From a virus, in IMG/VR virus record IMGVR_UViG_3300033146_005954, positions 3,859-67,858 of that record: DNA of 64,000 nucleotides. One strand, given 5' to 3'. The notes beneath the pieces are model-generated. The model worked only from the letters and a program-made list of their open reading frames with translations, was not told the origin of the DNA and did no database searches. Position numbers and translations under genes: made by a program. Positions within the stretch are counted from its first letter, which is position 1. Each line of letters starts with the position of its first letter. This document shows positions 50,527 to 59,446 of the stretch, in pieces.

Positions 50527-51540
50527 TTAATAAGGGAAATTTGTAGGAGCATTAGTTAGAAAAACTTTATGATAAAAAGTGTTTCCACCTTTAAGTTTTG
50601 TTATAGCATATCTGGCAAATAACGCTTCATTTACAGAGAAATTAGAAACGTCAGGAACATCTGAAAAGTTTTCTATTTTATAAGGTGAATAAATTATACC
50701 AGCACCTATTTCAGAATCTGGTTTTTTACCAACATACATATCATAAGATGATGTGTCAAATGTATTTATATAAACGTTTAAATACCCTAATTTACCTATT
50801 TTAGATAAAGGTCCTAATTTAGGTTCAGGGTCAGCTATAAAACCTGGCATTGAAGAAATAACACCTTGTAATTTTATAGGAACTAATATAAAATTAGCCA
50901 ATCCTTTTCTTGTGGCAGAAGCTATATTACCTGCTGCATTAAAAATAGCTACTTTTAATTCATATAAAGGATTTTGATAACTTTCTGTTTTATTATTATC
51001 CCAAGTATATTCAATTGGTGTATGGTAATCACTATGATCTTTAATAGCTTTAACTATATCAAAATCAATAGCTGTAGCTATTTCAGACCCAACTAATTTT
51101 GTTTTTTCTTCACTCATGTTAAATTTTAACACTTTTAAATCTTGTCCTAATTCAACTGTATAATTTAATTTAACTTTTCTACTTTTAACAGTAGCTTTTT
51201 CTTCATTTAATTCAAGAACTAATTCTTTTAAATTAGCTCCTTCGGCAATATCTGAAAAATTTTCATCAAAAGTTCCCATTGCCTCCATACCAGAAATAAC
51301 TTCTCCACTATCGTTTTTTAATACGAAGCCAAAAACTTTTCCTTCTTTAAAATCAATTGGTTGAACCCCAACTAATTCTTTGGCTATATTCTCTTTTTGA
51401 ACATAGTTTATTAAAGGAACAATTACTTGATCTACATACGATGAACCAGATGAAGTTGGATCTTCATTAATTACACCATAGCTATTTTCTAATATAGTAT
51501 TAGCTATATTTTTATCTTTCTCGTTTAAATTTTCAAACAT
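50527..51540 (-). CDS. T4 gp23/gp24-family capsid protein (vertex-like paralog)
   Basis: ELVGVQPI..G.VF, KSRKVK..YTVELGQDLK, IATAID, ANFI, YSPY, RYA; start MFENL with SD and late motif at 51558-51567. Confidence 0.8.
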   Translation of the reverse strand: MFENLNEKDKNIANTILENSYGVINEDPTSSGSSYVDQVIVPLINYVQKENIAKELVGVQPIDFKEGKVFGFVLKNDSGEVISGMEAMGTFDENFSDIAEGANLKELVLELNEEKATVKSRKVKLNYTVELGQDLKVLKFNMSEEKTKLVGSEIATAIDFDIVKAIKDHSDYHTPIEYTWDNNKTESYQNPLYELKVAIFNAAGNIASATRKGLANFILVPIKLQGVISSMPGFIADPEPKLGPLSKIGKLGYLNVYINTFDTSSYDMYVGKKPDSEIGAGIIYSPYKIENFSDVPDVSNFSVNEALFARYAITKLKGGNTFYHKVFLTNAPTNFPY

Positions 51541-51612
51541 ATTTTCTCCTAATATATTTATCTTTACAACTAAAATACTTGACAAAAACTTATTAAAATG
51601 ATATAATAAGGT

Positions 51613-51852
51613 ATGAAAATAAAAGATTTTCAATATTCTCGAAAGGATGGTGTAGAAAAAAACTACAAACTTCTTATTTTAAATGAAGATAAAGAATATC
51701 TAAAAGGTATTTCATTATCTTCATTAAGTAAAGAAGAAGAAAAGGCTTTAATGAAAATAATCGAAGATTATGAAGAAAAATTAAAACCTTTCATGAAACA
51801 CTACAGACAATTTATTGTCGAAAATATTTTAGAGAATAAGGACGGAGAGTGA
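51613..51852 (+). CDS. hypothetical protein (probably leaderless)
   Basis: TTGACA-17-TATAAT ends 5 nt before the ATG. Confidence 0.6.
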   Translation: MKIKDFQYSRKDGVEKNYKLLILNEDKEYLKGISLSSLSKEEEKALMKIIEDYEEKLKPFMKHYRQFIVENILENKDGE

Positions 51853-51886
51853 TTTATCACTCTCTTATTTTATTATAGGAGAATGT

Positions 51887-52066
51887 ATGAAACAGCAAGT
51901 ATGTATAGAAGCAAAAGTTTTATTTCAAAAAGAAAATTATAATTTAATTGAAATAGATACAGCAGGGTATAATTCTATTTATTTAATTATTAATGAAATA
52001 GGGGAAGTCATATCTGGAGAATTAGGAAATAAAGAAAATATTTTAGAGTTATGGGAGAAAATATGA
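51887..52066 (+). CDS. small hypothetical protein
   Basis: AGGAG SD, 59 aa, coupled to the next gene. Confidence 0.5.
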   Translation: MKQQVCIEAKVLFQKENYNLIEIDTAGYNSIYLIINEIGEVISGELGNKENILELWEKI

Positions 52067-52251
52067 TAAAAATAAATGATATAAAAATTGAGAAAACATC
52101 TTTTAGAGGAAAAGATTATGTTGCTGTAAGAAAATATTATATTTCTAAAGAAGGAAAAGAGCTTCCTTCAAAAAGTGGAATCAATTTTTCCATAGATGAA
52201 TGGAATATGTTTGTAAATAAATTTGAAGAAATTGTAGAGGATGTAAAATGA
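52063..52251 (+). CDS. PC4/p15-like ssDNA-binding protein
   Basis: FRGKDYVAVRKYY...PSKSGINF. Confidence 0.75.
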   Translation: MIKINDIKIEKTSFRGKDYVAVRKYYISKEGKELPSKSGINFSIDEWNMFVNKFEEIVEDVK

Positions 52252-53165
52252 AAATGAAAGTAATATTGACAAAGGGACTTCCAGCTAGTGGAAAAACAAC
52301 ATGGGCTAAAAAATTATGTAAAAGTAATAAAACTTTTAAAAGAATTAATAAAGATGATTTAAGAGCCATGGTTGATGATAAAGTTTTCAGTAAAGAAAAT
52401 GAAAAATTAATTATTAAATTAAGAGATAATATGGTTTTAAATTTTTTAAAAGAAGGGTATAATGTCATAATTGATGATACAAATTTACATCATAAACATT
52501 TACAGAATATTACAAAATTGGTTAAAGGAATTGCTGAAGTAGAAGTGAATGATAGCTTTTTATCTGTGTCTGTTGAAGAGTGTATTAGAAGAGATTTAGT
52601 TAGGGAAAACCCAGTAGGGGAAAAAGTAATATATAGTATGGCTAAACAAATTGAAGGATACTCTAAAAAAGATAAAAAGACTCATTGGGAGAAAACTCTT
52701 ATAAAAGAAGGCATGCTGATTGCTAAACCAAGAGTTTTTAATAAAGATTTACCTAACTGTATTATAGTAGATATGGATGGAACATTATCTATGATGAATG
52801 GAAGATCTCCTTATGAATTTAAAAGATGTATTGAAGATTTACCTAATTATCCAATTATAAACATTGTTAAAAACTATAGAGGAAATAATTTAAGTAATAA
52901 AATATTTATTGTTTCTGGTAGAGAAAATATAGCTTATGAAGAAACAAAACAATGGTTGGAAAAATATAATATTCCTTTTGATAATATTTTTATGAGAGAA
53001 AAAGATGATTATAGAAGTGATGTAATTGTTAAAAAAGAAATTTATGACAGAGCTTTTTTAAATCAATATAACATTCATTTCGTATTGGACGATAGAGAAA
53101 AGGTAGTTAAAATGTGGCGTGAGAATGACTTAACTTGTTTACAAGTAGCAGAAGGAAATTTTTAA
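52248..53165 (+). CDS. pseT: polynucleotide 5'-kinase/3'-phosphatase
   Basis: GLPASGKTT, RINKDDLR, HAD DMDGT, SGR, DDR. Confidence 0.92.
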   Translation: MKMKVILTKGLPASGKTTWAKKLCKSNKTFKRINKDDLRAMVDDKVFSKENEKLIIKLRDNMVLNFLKEGYNVIIDDTNLHHKHLQNITKLVKGIAEVEVNDSFLSVSVEECIRRDLVRENPVGEKVIYSMAKQIEGYSKKDKKTHWEKTLIKEGMLIAKPRVFNKDLPNCIIVDMDGTLSMMNGRSPYEFKRCIEDLPNYPIINIVKNYRGNNLSNKIFIVSGRENIAYEETKQWLEKYNIPFDNIFMREKDDYRSDVIVKKEIYDRAFLNQYNIHFVLDDREKVVKMWRENDLTCLQVAEGNF

Positions 53166-53473
53166 TGAAGGCTGAAGATGTTAAAATAGGAATGAAAGTT
53201 GTTCCTTTTCAAAGAACAATTGGAAGGAGATATGATAGCTTTTATTACTCAAAAGAAAATTTTAAACATGCTTTAAAACATAAAAATGAATTATATTCTA
53301 TTACTTGTTTACAGGAAAAAGGATATACTTATGTAAAACATATTTATAGAGATAAAACTGTTTTATTAAGTTATTTAGACAGTCCAATGCATGTAGGAAA
53401 TACATACAATCCAGAAGATTTTATACAATATGTGGAATCAGAAAACAAACAATATATAATGGAGTTTAAATGA
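53165..53473 (+). CDS. hypothetical protein
   Basis: Coupled ORF; similar to 44761. Confidence 0.55.
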   Translation: MKAEDVKIGMKVVPFQRTIGRRYDSFYYSKENFKHALKHKNELYSITCLQEKGYTYVKHIYRDKTVLLSYLDSPMHVGNTYNPEDFIQYVESENKQYIMEFK

Positions 53474-54459
53474 AAAATGTGTTAAAAGAATTTATAGAAA
53501 AACATAAAGATAAAAAAATAGCTATAACTTCACATGTATCTCCTTTAATAGACCCTGATGGAATGGCTTCTTGTTTGGCTTTAAAAGAGTATTTTAAAGT
53601 TTTTAAAATAGAATCTAAAGTATATTATAATGGAGAGCTTTCTCATCCTCAAAATAAAACAATAGTTAATGTTTTAAATATGGAAATGGAAAAAGAAGAA
53701 ATTCCTGATGATAGTATATTAGTAATTGTGGATGCTACAGAAACAAATGTTGTTTGTAAAATAAAACCATCTTTGGTAATAGATCATCATAAGAATAATA
53801 GTAAAGCAGAATTTCAAATAATTGAGTCAAAATATGGTGCTTGTTCTACTATAATTTGGGAATTAGTAAAGGATGATATTGTTAAAGAAAATAGTGATGT
53901 TTTTACTGCTTTATTATTAGGAATAAGAACAGATACAAATGATTTAATTTCTGAAAATATGATTGAAAATGATTTTATAGCTTATCAAGAATTATTATCT
54001 TTAAGTGATAAAGAAAAATTACAAAAAGTAATGAATTATCCTCTTCCAAGATATATTTATGATGCTCGATTAGAATTAAGGAAAGATGGTAATTTTTATG
54101 AAGGTGATGGAGTGTTTATTGGAGGCATTGGAAATATACCTTCTTCTCAAAGAGATGTAATATCTCTTTTAGCTGAAGAAAATAATAGAATGGAATCAAT
54201 TCAAACATCTATTATATTTGCAATAACTGATAAAAAAGATTTAGAAGTTTCTGTTCGCTCAACAAATGTTTCTTTAGATGTTGGTTCAATGTGTAAAGAA
54301 TTATTCAATGGTGGAGGAAATTCTTATAAAGGTGGAGCAAAAATACCTCTAACTTTTTGGAATGATTTAGAAAATGGGGAGAAATTTAAATTTTGGGAAC
54401 TTACTTGTAAACATATGTTTAGAAAAGTAATGAAAGAAAACTTAAAGGAAGAAAAATAA
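53470..54459 (+). CDS. DHH/DHHA1 phosphoesterase (NrnA / cyclic-dinucleotide PDE-like)
   Basis: H...DPDG, VD, IDHH, GIRTDT, SVRS, GGG. Confidence 0.88.
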   Translation: MKNVLKEFIEKHKDKKIAITSHVSPLIDPDGMASCLALKEYFKVFKIESKVYYNGELSHPQNKTIVNVLNMEMEKEEIPDDSILVIVDATETNVVCKIKPSLVIDHHKNNSKAEFQIIESKYGACSTIIWELVKDDIVKENSDVFTALLLGIRTDTNDLISENMIENDFIAYQELLSLSDKEKLQKVMNYPLPRYIYDARLELRKDGNFYEGDGVFIGGIGNIPSSQRDVISLLAEENNRMESIQTSIIFAITDKKDLEVSVRSTNVSLDVGSMCKELFNGGGNSYKGGAKIPLTFWNDLENGEKFKFWELTCKHMFRKVMKENLKEEK

Positions 54460-55022
54460 TGTTAGTTAATTCAGAGAATATATTTTTAAATGCTGAAGTA
54501 ACATTTAATAATAAAAAATATTATGTTGTTAAAATAAATAATGTTACTTGTTATATATCTGATAAAAAAAATTTTTTACAAAGATTTAAAGAAAGTGATT
54601 TAAAATGGAAAGATTATTGTAAAAGACACAATGGTATAATGGTAAAATATAATTTATTGTCTATTGATAAAAATGAATTATTAAAAAAAGATGACTTTAT
54701 TTTAAAAGAAAAAAAGAAAAGATATTTAACTTCTTATGAAGGAAGAGAATTAAAAGAAATTTGGAATAGAATTAAATTAAATTATAAAAATGTTAAATAT
54801 GGAAAATCCTATATGTATACTGTTGAGTATAGAGGAAACAAATTTTATAGAGTTTTGAAAGCAAATTACTTAGAAGGGTGGATGCTCTTAAATGTTAATA
54901 ATGAATATGTTTTTTATGACGTAAAAAATAATGAATGGACTTTATTTGATAAAACAATACATATTAAAAATAATTTTATCCGAAATGTAAAAAACAATGA
55001 TTTTATTGAAAAAATAGCCTAA
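54459..55022 (+). CDS. hypothetical protein
   Basis: Coupled ORF. Confidence 0.6.
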   Translation: MLVNSENIFLNAEVTFNNKKYYVVKINNVTCYISDKKNFLQRFKESDLKWKDYCKRHNGIMVKYNLLSIDKNELLKKDDFILKEKKKRYLTSYEGRELKEIWNRIKLNYKNVKYGKSYMYTVEYRGNKFYRVLKANYLEGWMLLNVNNEYVFYDVKNNEWTLFDKTIHIKNNFIRNVKNNDFIEKIA

Positions 55023-55080
55023 AAATAGCACTTTTTTAAAAAAATAGCACTTTTTTATAAGAAATAACACTTTTTTAAAA
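55023..55080. repeat. three ~20-bp direct repeats AAATA(G/A)CACTTTTTT
   Basis: Seen directly; followed by a 12-bp inverted repeat at 55094-55132. Confidence 0.75.
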
Positions 55081-55218
55081 AAAGTTAAAATGCTACAGGT
55101 ATATAAAATATTATACATTCTATATACCTGTATATAGAGTCTATACTTAGAAATTTTTCTCTCAAACTTTCAAAACGCTATTAAAATGGTTTAGATTTAT
55201 TTTAAACCATTTAAACTA

Positions 55219-55350
55219 CTCTAAAATCTCCAATTCCTCTAAAATCTCCATTATATATTCTAAAATCTCTAATAACTCCAATTGCTCTAAAATCTCCAAT
55301 TATTCTAAAATCTCCATTATATATTCTAAAATCTCTAATAACTCCAATTG
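55219..55350. repeat. two 66-bp tandem units built from TCTAAAATCTCC(A)ATT subrepeats
   Basis: Units 55219-55284 and 55285-55350 differ at two positions; six CTCC cores. Confidence 0.85.
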
Positions 55351-55702
55351 CTTTATTTTCTCTATTATGTTAAAAAAGTCAAGCAAATCGTATTTTTTAA
55401 CTTTCCTATATAACGATAACTAAAAAGTGATTGACATAACAATTCACTTTTTGATATACTCCAAACAGTTAAAAAAAATAAATTATTTTAGTTATTTAAC
55501 TTTTTATGATACTTAAAAAAACAGTATGAAAAAAAGTGATTGACATAATGATTTATTTTTTGATACTATGTTTTTAGTTTATTAGTTCAAGTTAATAGAC
55601 TAATAAAAAGTAATTGACATAATAATTACTTTTTTGATACTATGTTTTTATTAGTTTTACATTATCAAAAACTAATTATATCATATTTGAAAAGAGGGAA
55701 AT

Positions 55703-56047
55703 ATGAACTTAGAAGAAATAATGGAAGAAAAAGGAAAGAGTATTTTAGTTCCTTTAGGAACTCATAAAATGCCTGTAAAAAAATACAGGCGAAAGTCTAC
55801 TTTAGGTTATACTCATGGAATTAAAACAGAAAGAATGAAAATTTTCTGGAAACCGGGATATTCTCCTAAAGATAGAATGATAAAGAAAACTAAAATTGGT
55901 TCTTTGGTTTTTATATCGTTCAAAGGTGTTATGGAAGTAGGAAAAGTGACTTCTTTTCATGGAGAAAAGTTTACAGTAAAAATGGCAAAAACAAATAGAC
56001 TTTTTGCTGTTCCATATAATTTATATAAATCAACTATTTTACTGTAA
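55703..56047 (+). CDS. basic hypothetical early protein
   Basis: GAGG SD after three promoters. Confidence 0.65.
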   Translation: MNLEEIMEEKGKSILVPLGTHKMPVKKYRRKSTLGYTHGIKTERMKIFWKPGYSPKDRMIKKTKIGSLVFISFKGVMEVGKVTSFHGEKFTVKMAKTNRLFAVPYNLYKSTILL

Positions 56048-56108
56048 AAAAGTAGTTGACATAATATTTTCAAATATATTACTATGTTTGAAAAGGAGGG
56101 CTATCTTT

Positions 56109-56624
56109 ATGAATAAGATAGAAAAAACATATTTCTATCTTGTTAAGTATAAAGATAGAGATTTGTATAAAATTGGAATAACTGAAAAAAAGTATTCCAG
56201 TATTCAAGATTGTATTATAAACAGATACAAAAATGAAATAGGATATAGAAACCCCGATAATCTTGAAATATTATATCATAAATATTTCAAGAAAAGAAAT
56301 AAGGCAAAAAAATTTGAAAGTGATATAAAAAAATCACTCTCAAAAGTAAGGATAGGATTTTCAGAGGATTTTAATTATTCTGGGAACCGAAAAAGTTTGA
56401 TCAATTTTATATCTAATTATGATAAAAAAATTGATTATAAAATAACTATAGAAAAAACTTTTGTAAAAGGTTATAGTTATTTTAATAAAAATGGAACTGA
56501 AATAATTGTTAAAGGTTATTTCAGAAAATCCAACTTCAAAAAAGTAGTTGACAAAAAACTAGATTTTTTGTATAATCTTTTTAAAGTTGAATACGGGAAT
56601 AGAAATAATCCTGTATTGATATAA
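56109..56624 (+). CDS. GIY-YIG/T5orf172-like protein with C-terminal VKGY repeats
   Basis: YFYLV..LYKIGIT..R..E; GGAGG SD. Confidence 0.65.
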   Translation: MNKIEKTYFYLVKYKDRDLYKIGITEKKYSSIQDCIINRYKNEIGYRNPDNLEILYHKYFKKRNKAKKFESDIKKSLSKVRIGFSEDFNYSGNRKSLINFISNYDKKIDYKITIEKTFVKGYSYFNKNGTEIIVKGYFRKSNFKKVVDKKLDFLYNLFKVEYGNRNNPVLI

Positions 56625-56635
56625 AGGGGAAAATT

Positions 56636-56797
56636 ATGATTAGATTATTTAAAGTTGTAAAAGTTAGCTCACATATTAGATATGTGAAAAATAAAAATGA
56701 ATTGGTTCCTGTATTAGGACATAGCAGAAAATTAAAGAAAGTAGTATCATTTAATAAAATAAGTGATTATTTGAAAAAAGGCTATAGTTTTATATAG
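56636..56797 (+). CDS. small basic protein (53 aa), paralog A
   Basis: MIRLFKVVKVSSHIR...KKVVSF...GYSFI; GGGG SD. Confidence 0.65.
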   Translation: MIRLFKVVKVSSHIRYVKNKNELVPVLGHSRKLKKVVSFNKISDYLKKGYSFI

Positions 56798-56805
56798 AGG
56801 AAAAG

Positions 56806-56883
56806 ATGGTAAGTATATTAAATTTATTCACTTCTATTATTGTATTAGTTAGTGTTATAATGTTATCAACAATATTTTTTTAA
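56806..56883 (+). CDS. 25-aa hydrophobic peptide
   Basis: MVSILNLFTSIIVLVSVIMLSTIFF; GAGG SD. Confidence 0.45.
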   Translation: MVSILNLFTSIIVLVSVIMLSTIFF

Positions 56884-56893
56884 AGGGGAAAAT

Positions 56894-57049
56894 ATGATAG
56901 TTTTGAAAAAAAGAGTAAGAGTATCAAGGCACATAAGATCTACAAAAAACAGAATTTTATTAAATCCTGTAAGATATAGAACTATAAAAAAGACTGTAAG
57001 TTTTCAAGAAATGTTAGTTCTATTAAATCAAGGGTATTCTTTTAAATAA
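56894..57049 (+). CDS. small basic protein (51 aa), paralog B
   Basis: MIVLKKRVRVSRHIR...KKTVSF...GYSFK; GGGG SD. Confidence 0.65.
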   Translation: MIVLKKRVRVSRHIRSTKNRILLNPVRYRTIKKTVSFQEMLVLLNQGYSFK

Positions 57050-57183
57050 AGATTTTTCCCTATTAGCTATATAATTTATTATGATAGTGTTACTTTCAAA
57101 AGTAAAATAGGGAATAAATATTATAAAATATAATACTTAACATAACAGTATAGAATATTATATAGTATTTTAACAATATAAAA

Positions 57184-57455
57184 AAAAGTAGTTGACAAAA
57201 TAATTTATTTTTTGATATAATGAATTATTAAAAAATGTTTTTATTAGTTTTTACATTATTAAAAATTAACCATAGACTACTAAAAAGTAGTTGACAAAAT
57301 GATTTAATAAATTGTATAATGAATTATTAAAAAATGTTTTTATTAGTTTTTACATTATTAAAAAATGTTTTTATTAGTTTTTACATTATTAAAAATTAAC
57401 CATAGACTACTAAAAAGTAGTTGACAAAATGATTTAATAAATTGTATAATGAATT
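57184..57455 (+). repeat. tandem promoter-plus-hairpin units (about 100-130 bp)
   Basis: Repeated GAATTATTAAAAAATGTTTTTATTAGTTTTTACATTATTAAAAATTAACCATAGACTACTAAAAAGTAGTTGACA. Confidence 0.85.
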
Positions 57456-57531
57456 AAGATTATATCCGGATATGATCTTAAAAAAAATCATACATAGTAT
57501 GATAAAAAAATATATTCTATAGGGGAATAAC

Positions 57532-57984
57532 ATGGAAGATTTTAACGCAAAGAAAGATCAGGTAGTAAATGACATTACAGAAATTTTTGCTAATATGAGC
57601 ATTGAAGAAATTGATATCTTGAATAAAGCAATAAGAACTGAAGCAACTGCTGCAAAAAAAGCAATTAGAGCTGAAATTAAAGCAGTTGAAAAAGCTGAAA
57701 AGCTTGCTGAAAGAGAAAAGGTATCTTCCGAAAATAAAGAGAACCTTGATAAAATTGAAGAGGGAACTTCTCTTACAATTTTGACCGGTTCTGGTAAGAA
57801 TGTTGAAGAAGTAACAGGAACCTTTGTTAAAATGACAGAGAAGAGATTTACTGTTCTTGTCGATGGAAGTAAAAAGTCTGTAATGTTTCATAGACTTGTG
57901 TCTATAAATGAAGCAATTACAGAAGTATCTGAAAATGATACTTTTATTGATGACTCTGAAGATGATCTTGAAATAGCTCTATAA
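57532..57984 (+). CDS. hypothetical early protein, probably highly expressed
   Basis: Behind three stacked promoters; codon usage (CTT, AAG, GAG) differs from neighbours. Confidence 0.75.
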   Translation: MEDFNAKKDQVVNDITEIFANMSIEEIDILNKAIRTEATAAKKAIRAEIKAVEKAEKLAEREKVSSENKENLDKIEEGTSLTILTGSGKNVEEVTGTFVKMTEKRFTVLVDGSKKSVMFHRLVSINEAITEVSENDTFIDDSEDDLEIAL

Positions 57985-58151
57985 AAAATATGGTTTAGTA
58001 GTTCCATTCTAAAAACTACTACGTTTTTTAAAAAAGGTTTTAAAATGAATTTATCAGCAAGTGAAATTAAAAAAAAAGAATGGTTGAAGAAAAAACTGAC
58101 TGATAATGAAAGATTATCTATTATTATTAGTCAAGAAAAAAAGGATAAAAA

Positions 58152-58523
58152 ATGGATTTTAGAAAAATTAAAAATGAAATAATGTTAAAATCATTTGAAA
58201 AATTTTTAGAAAACGATTCTTTAAGATTAGGACAGTGTGTATATATAGTAGCTCAATCTAAGTTTTTTAGTGAAGTATGTTCTATCTTAACAGAAGATGA
58301 CTGTTTTTATGATGATAATAAAATAGACTTATTTTTTAAAAAATTAGAAAATAAAATAAGTGAAAATAAAGTAAGTGATATAAAAAACTTTTATGAAGCC
58401 GTTTTATACAAAATAGCTTATAATGATTTATATGAAAGAGGCCTTTTTTTACCTATGGACGATTTTGATGAAAGAGTAAAAAAAGAAGTTTTATACTATA
58501 AAACTTCTTTTTTAGAGGAATAA
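58152..58523 (+). CDS. hypothetical protein
   Basis: LRLGQ..DCFYDD phage motif. Confidence 0.6.
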   Translation: MDFRKIKNEIMLKSFEKFLENDSLRLGQCVYIVAQSKFFSEVCSILTEDDCFYDDNKIDLFFKKLENKISENKVSDIKNFYEAVLYKIAYNDLYERGLFLPMDDFDERVKKEVLYYKTSFLEE

Positions 58524-58526
58524 AAA

Positions 58527-58919
58527 ATGAAATTAAAATTTTCTTTAGATAATATAAATTATGAATATGAATTAAATCTTCCAGAAAAATATAATTTAGT
58601 TAATGAAGATTGTTTAACAGAAGAAATATTAGAAAATATGAATATTGAAAAAACATGTGATATAGGATTTAATTTTGAACCTGTATTAAAAATGGACGAT
58701 AATATAAAATATATTTTATATGATTATAATAATCCAGATTATTTTCTGAAAACTTCTACTAAAAATTTTGAAGAATCAAAAAAAGATTTTGTAAAATATA
58801 TTTTATATGATTATGATGATCAAAATTATGTTGATTATACTATGGTAGATGTCAAAACTTTTGAAACAAAAACTTTGAATGTTACTGTAAGAAAAGATAT
58901 AGACATTGAAGTAATATAA
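58527..58919 (+). CDS. hypothetical protein
   Basis: GAGG SD; internal KYILYDY duplication. Confidence 0.6.
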   Translation: MKLKFSLDNINYEYELNLPEKYNLVNEDCLTEEILENMNIEKTCDIGFNFEPVLKMDDNIKYILYDYNNPDYFLKTSTKNFEESKKDFVKYILYDYDDQNYVDYTMVDVKTFETKTLNVTVRKDIDIEVI

Positions 58920-58937
58920 ATAATAAAGGAATAAAGA

Positions 58938-59258
58938 ATGGACATAGATACAATTTTTTACAATTTCAAAAATAATATAGAAGTATTATTTAATCATGTT
59001 ATGTATTGTGATAAAAATGATACTTTTTCAAGCACAATCTCTTCAATTGAAAAAGATAAAAAAGATTATATTATTTATGACAGTAAATATGAAAATGTCC
59101 ATAGAATAGAAGAAATAACAGAAAATAATAAAACTTCTATTTTGATTGAAATAAATGATATAAAAAATATAGATATAGAAAATACCTTAAAAAATATAGA
59201 AAACACTTTAAAAATAAATTGTATTGATTTTAGTAAAGTAATAAGGGTAGATGAATGA
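58938..59258 (+). CDS. hypothetical protein
   Basis: AAGGA SD. Confidence 0.55.
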   Translation: MDIDTIFYNFKNNIEVLFNHVMYCDKNDTFSSTISSIEKDKKDYIIYDSKYENVHRIEEITENNKTSILIEINDIKNIDIENTLKNIENTLKINCIDFSKVIRVDE

Positions 59259-59446
59259 AAAAAAATATAAAAGAAATAATCATGGAAAGAGATAATTTAA
59301 CAGAAAAAGAGGCTGATAATTTAATTTCAAAAGCTCAAGATCAATTTGATATTTATTTACAAGAAGATGATACGGAAGGTATGGAAAATATTTGTCAAGA
59401 ATATTTTAATTTAGAACCGGATTATTTAATGGAATTCATGTTATGA
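59255..59446 (+). CDS. hypothetical phage protein
   Basis: IMERDNLT..EA...FNLEPDY. Confidence 0.6.
   Translation: MKKNIKEIIMERDNLTEKEADNLISKAQDQFDIYLQEDDTEGMENICQEYFNLEPDYLMEFML

Larger units (their letters stand above)
55423..57450 (+). promoter_or_regulatory. cluster of eight early sigma70 promoters with AAAAGT(A/G)(G/A)TTGACA consensus
   Basis: TTGACA at 55431, 55540, 55614, 56056, 56548, 57192, 57291, 57421, each with a -10 at 17-18 bp. Confidence 0.85.
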
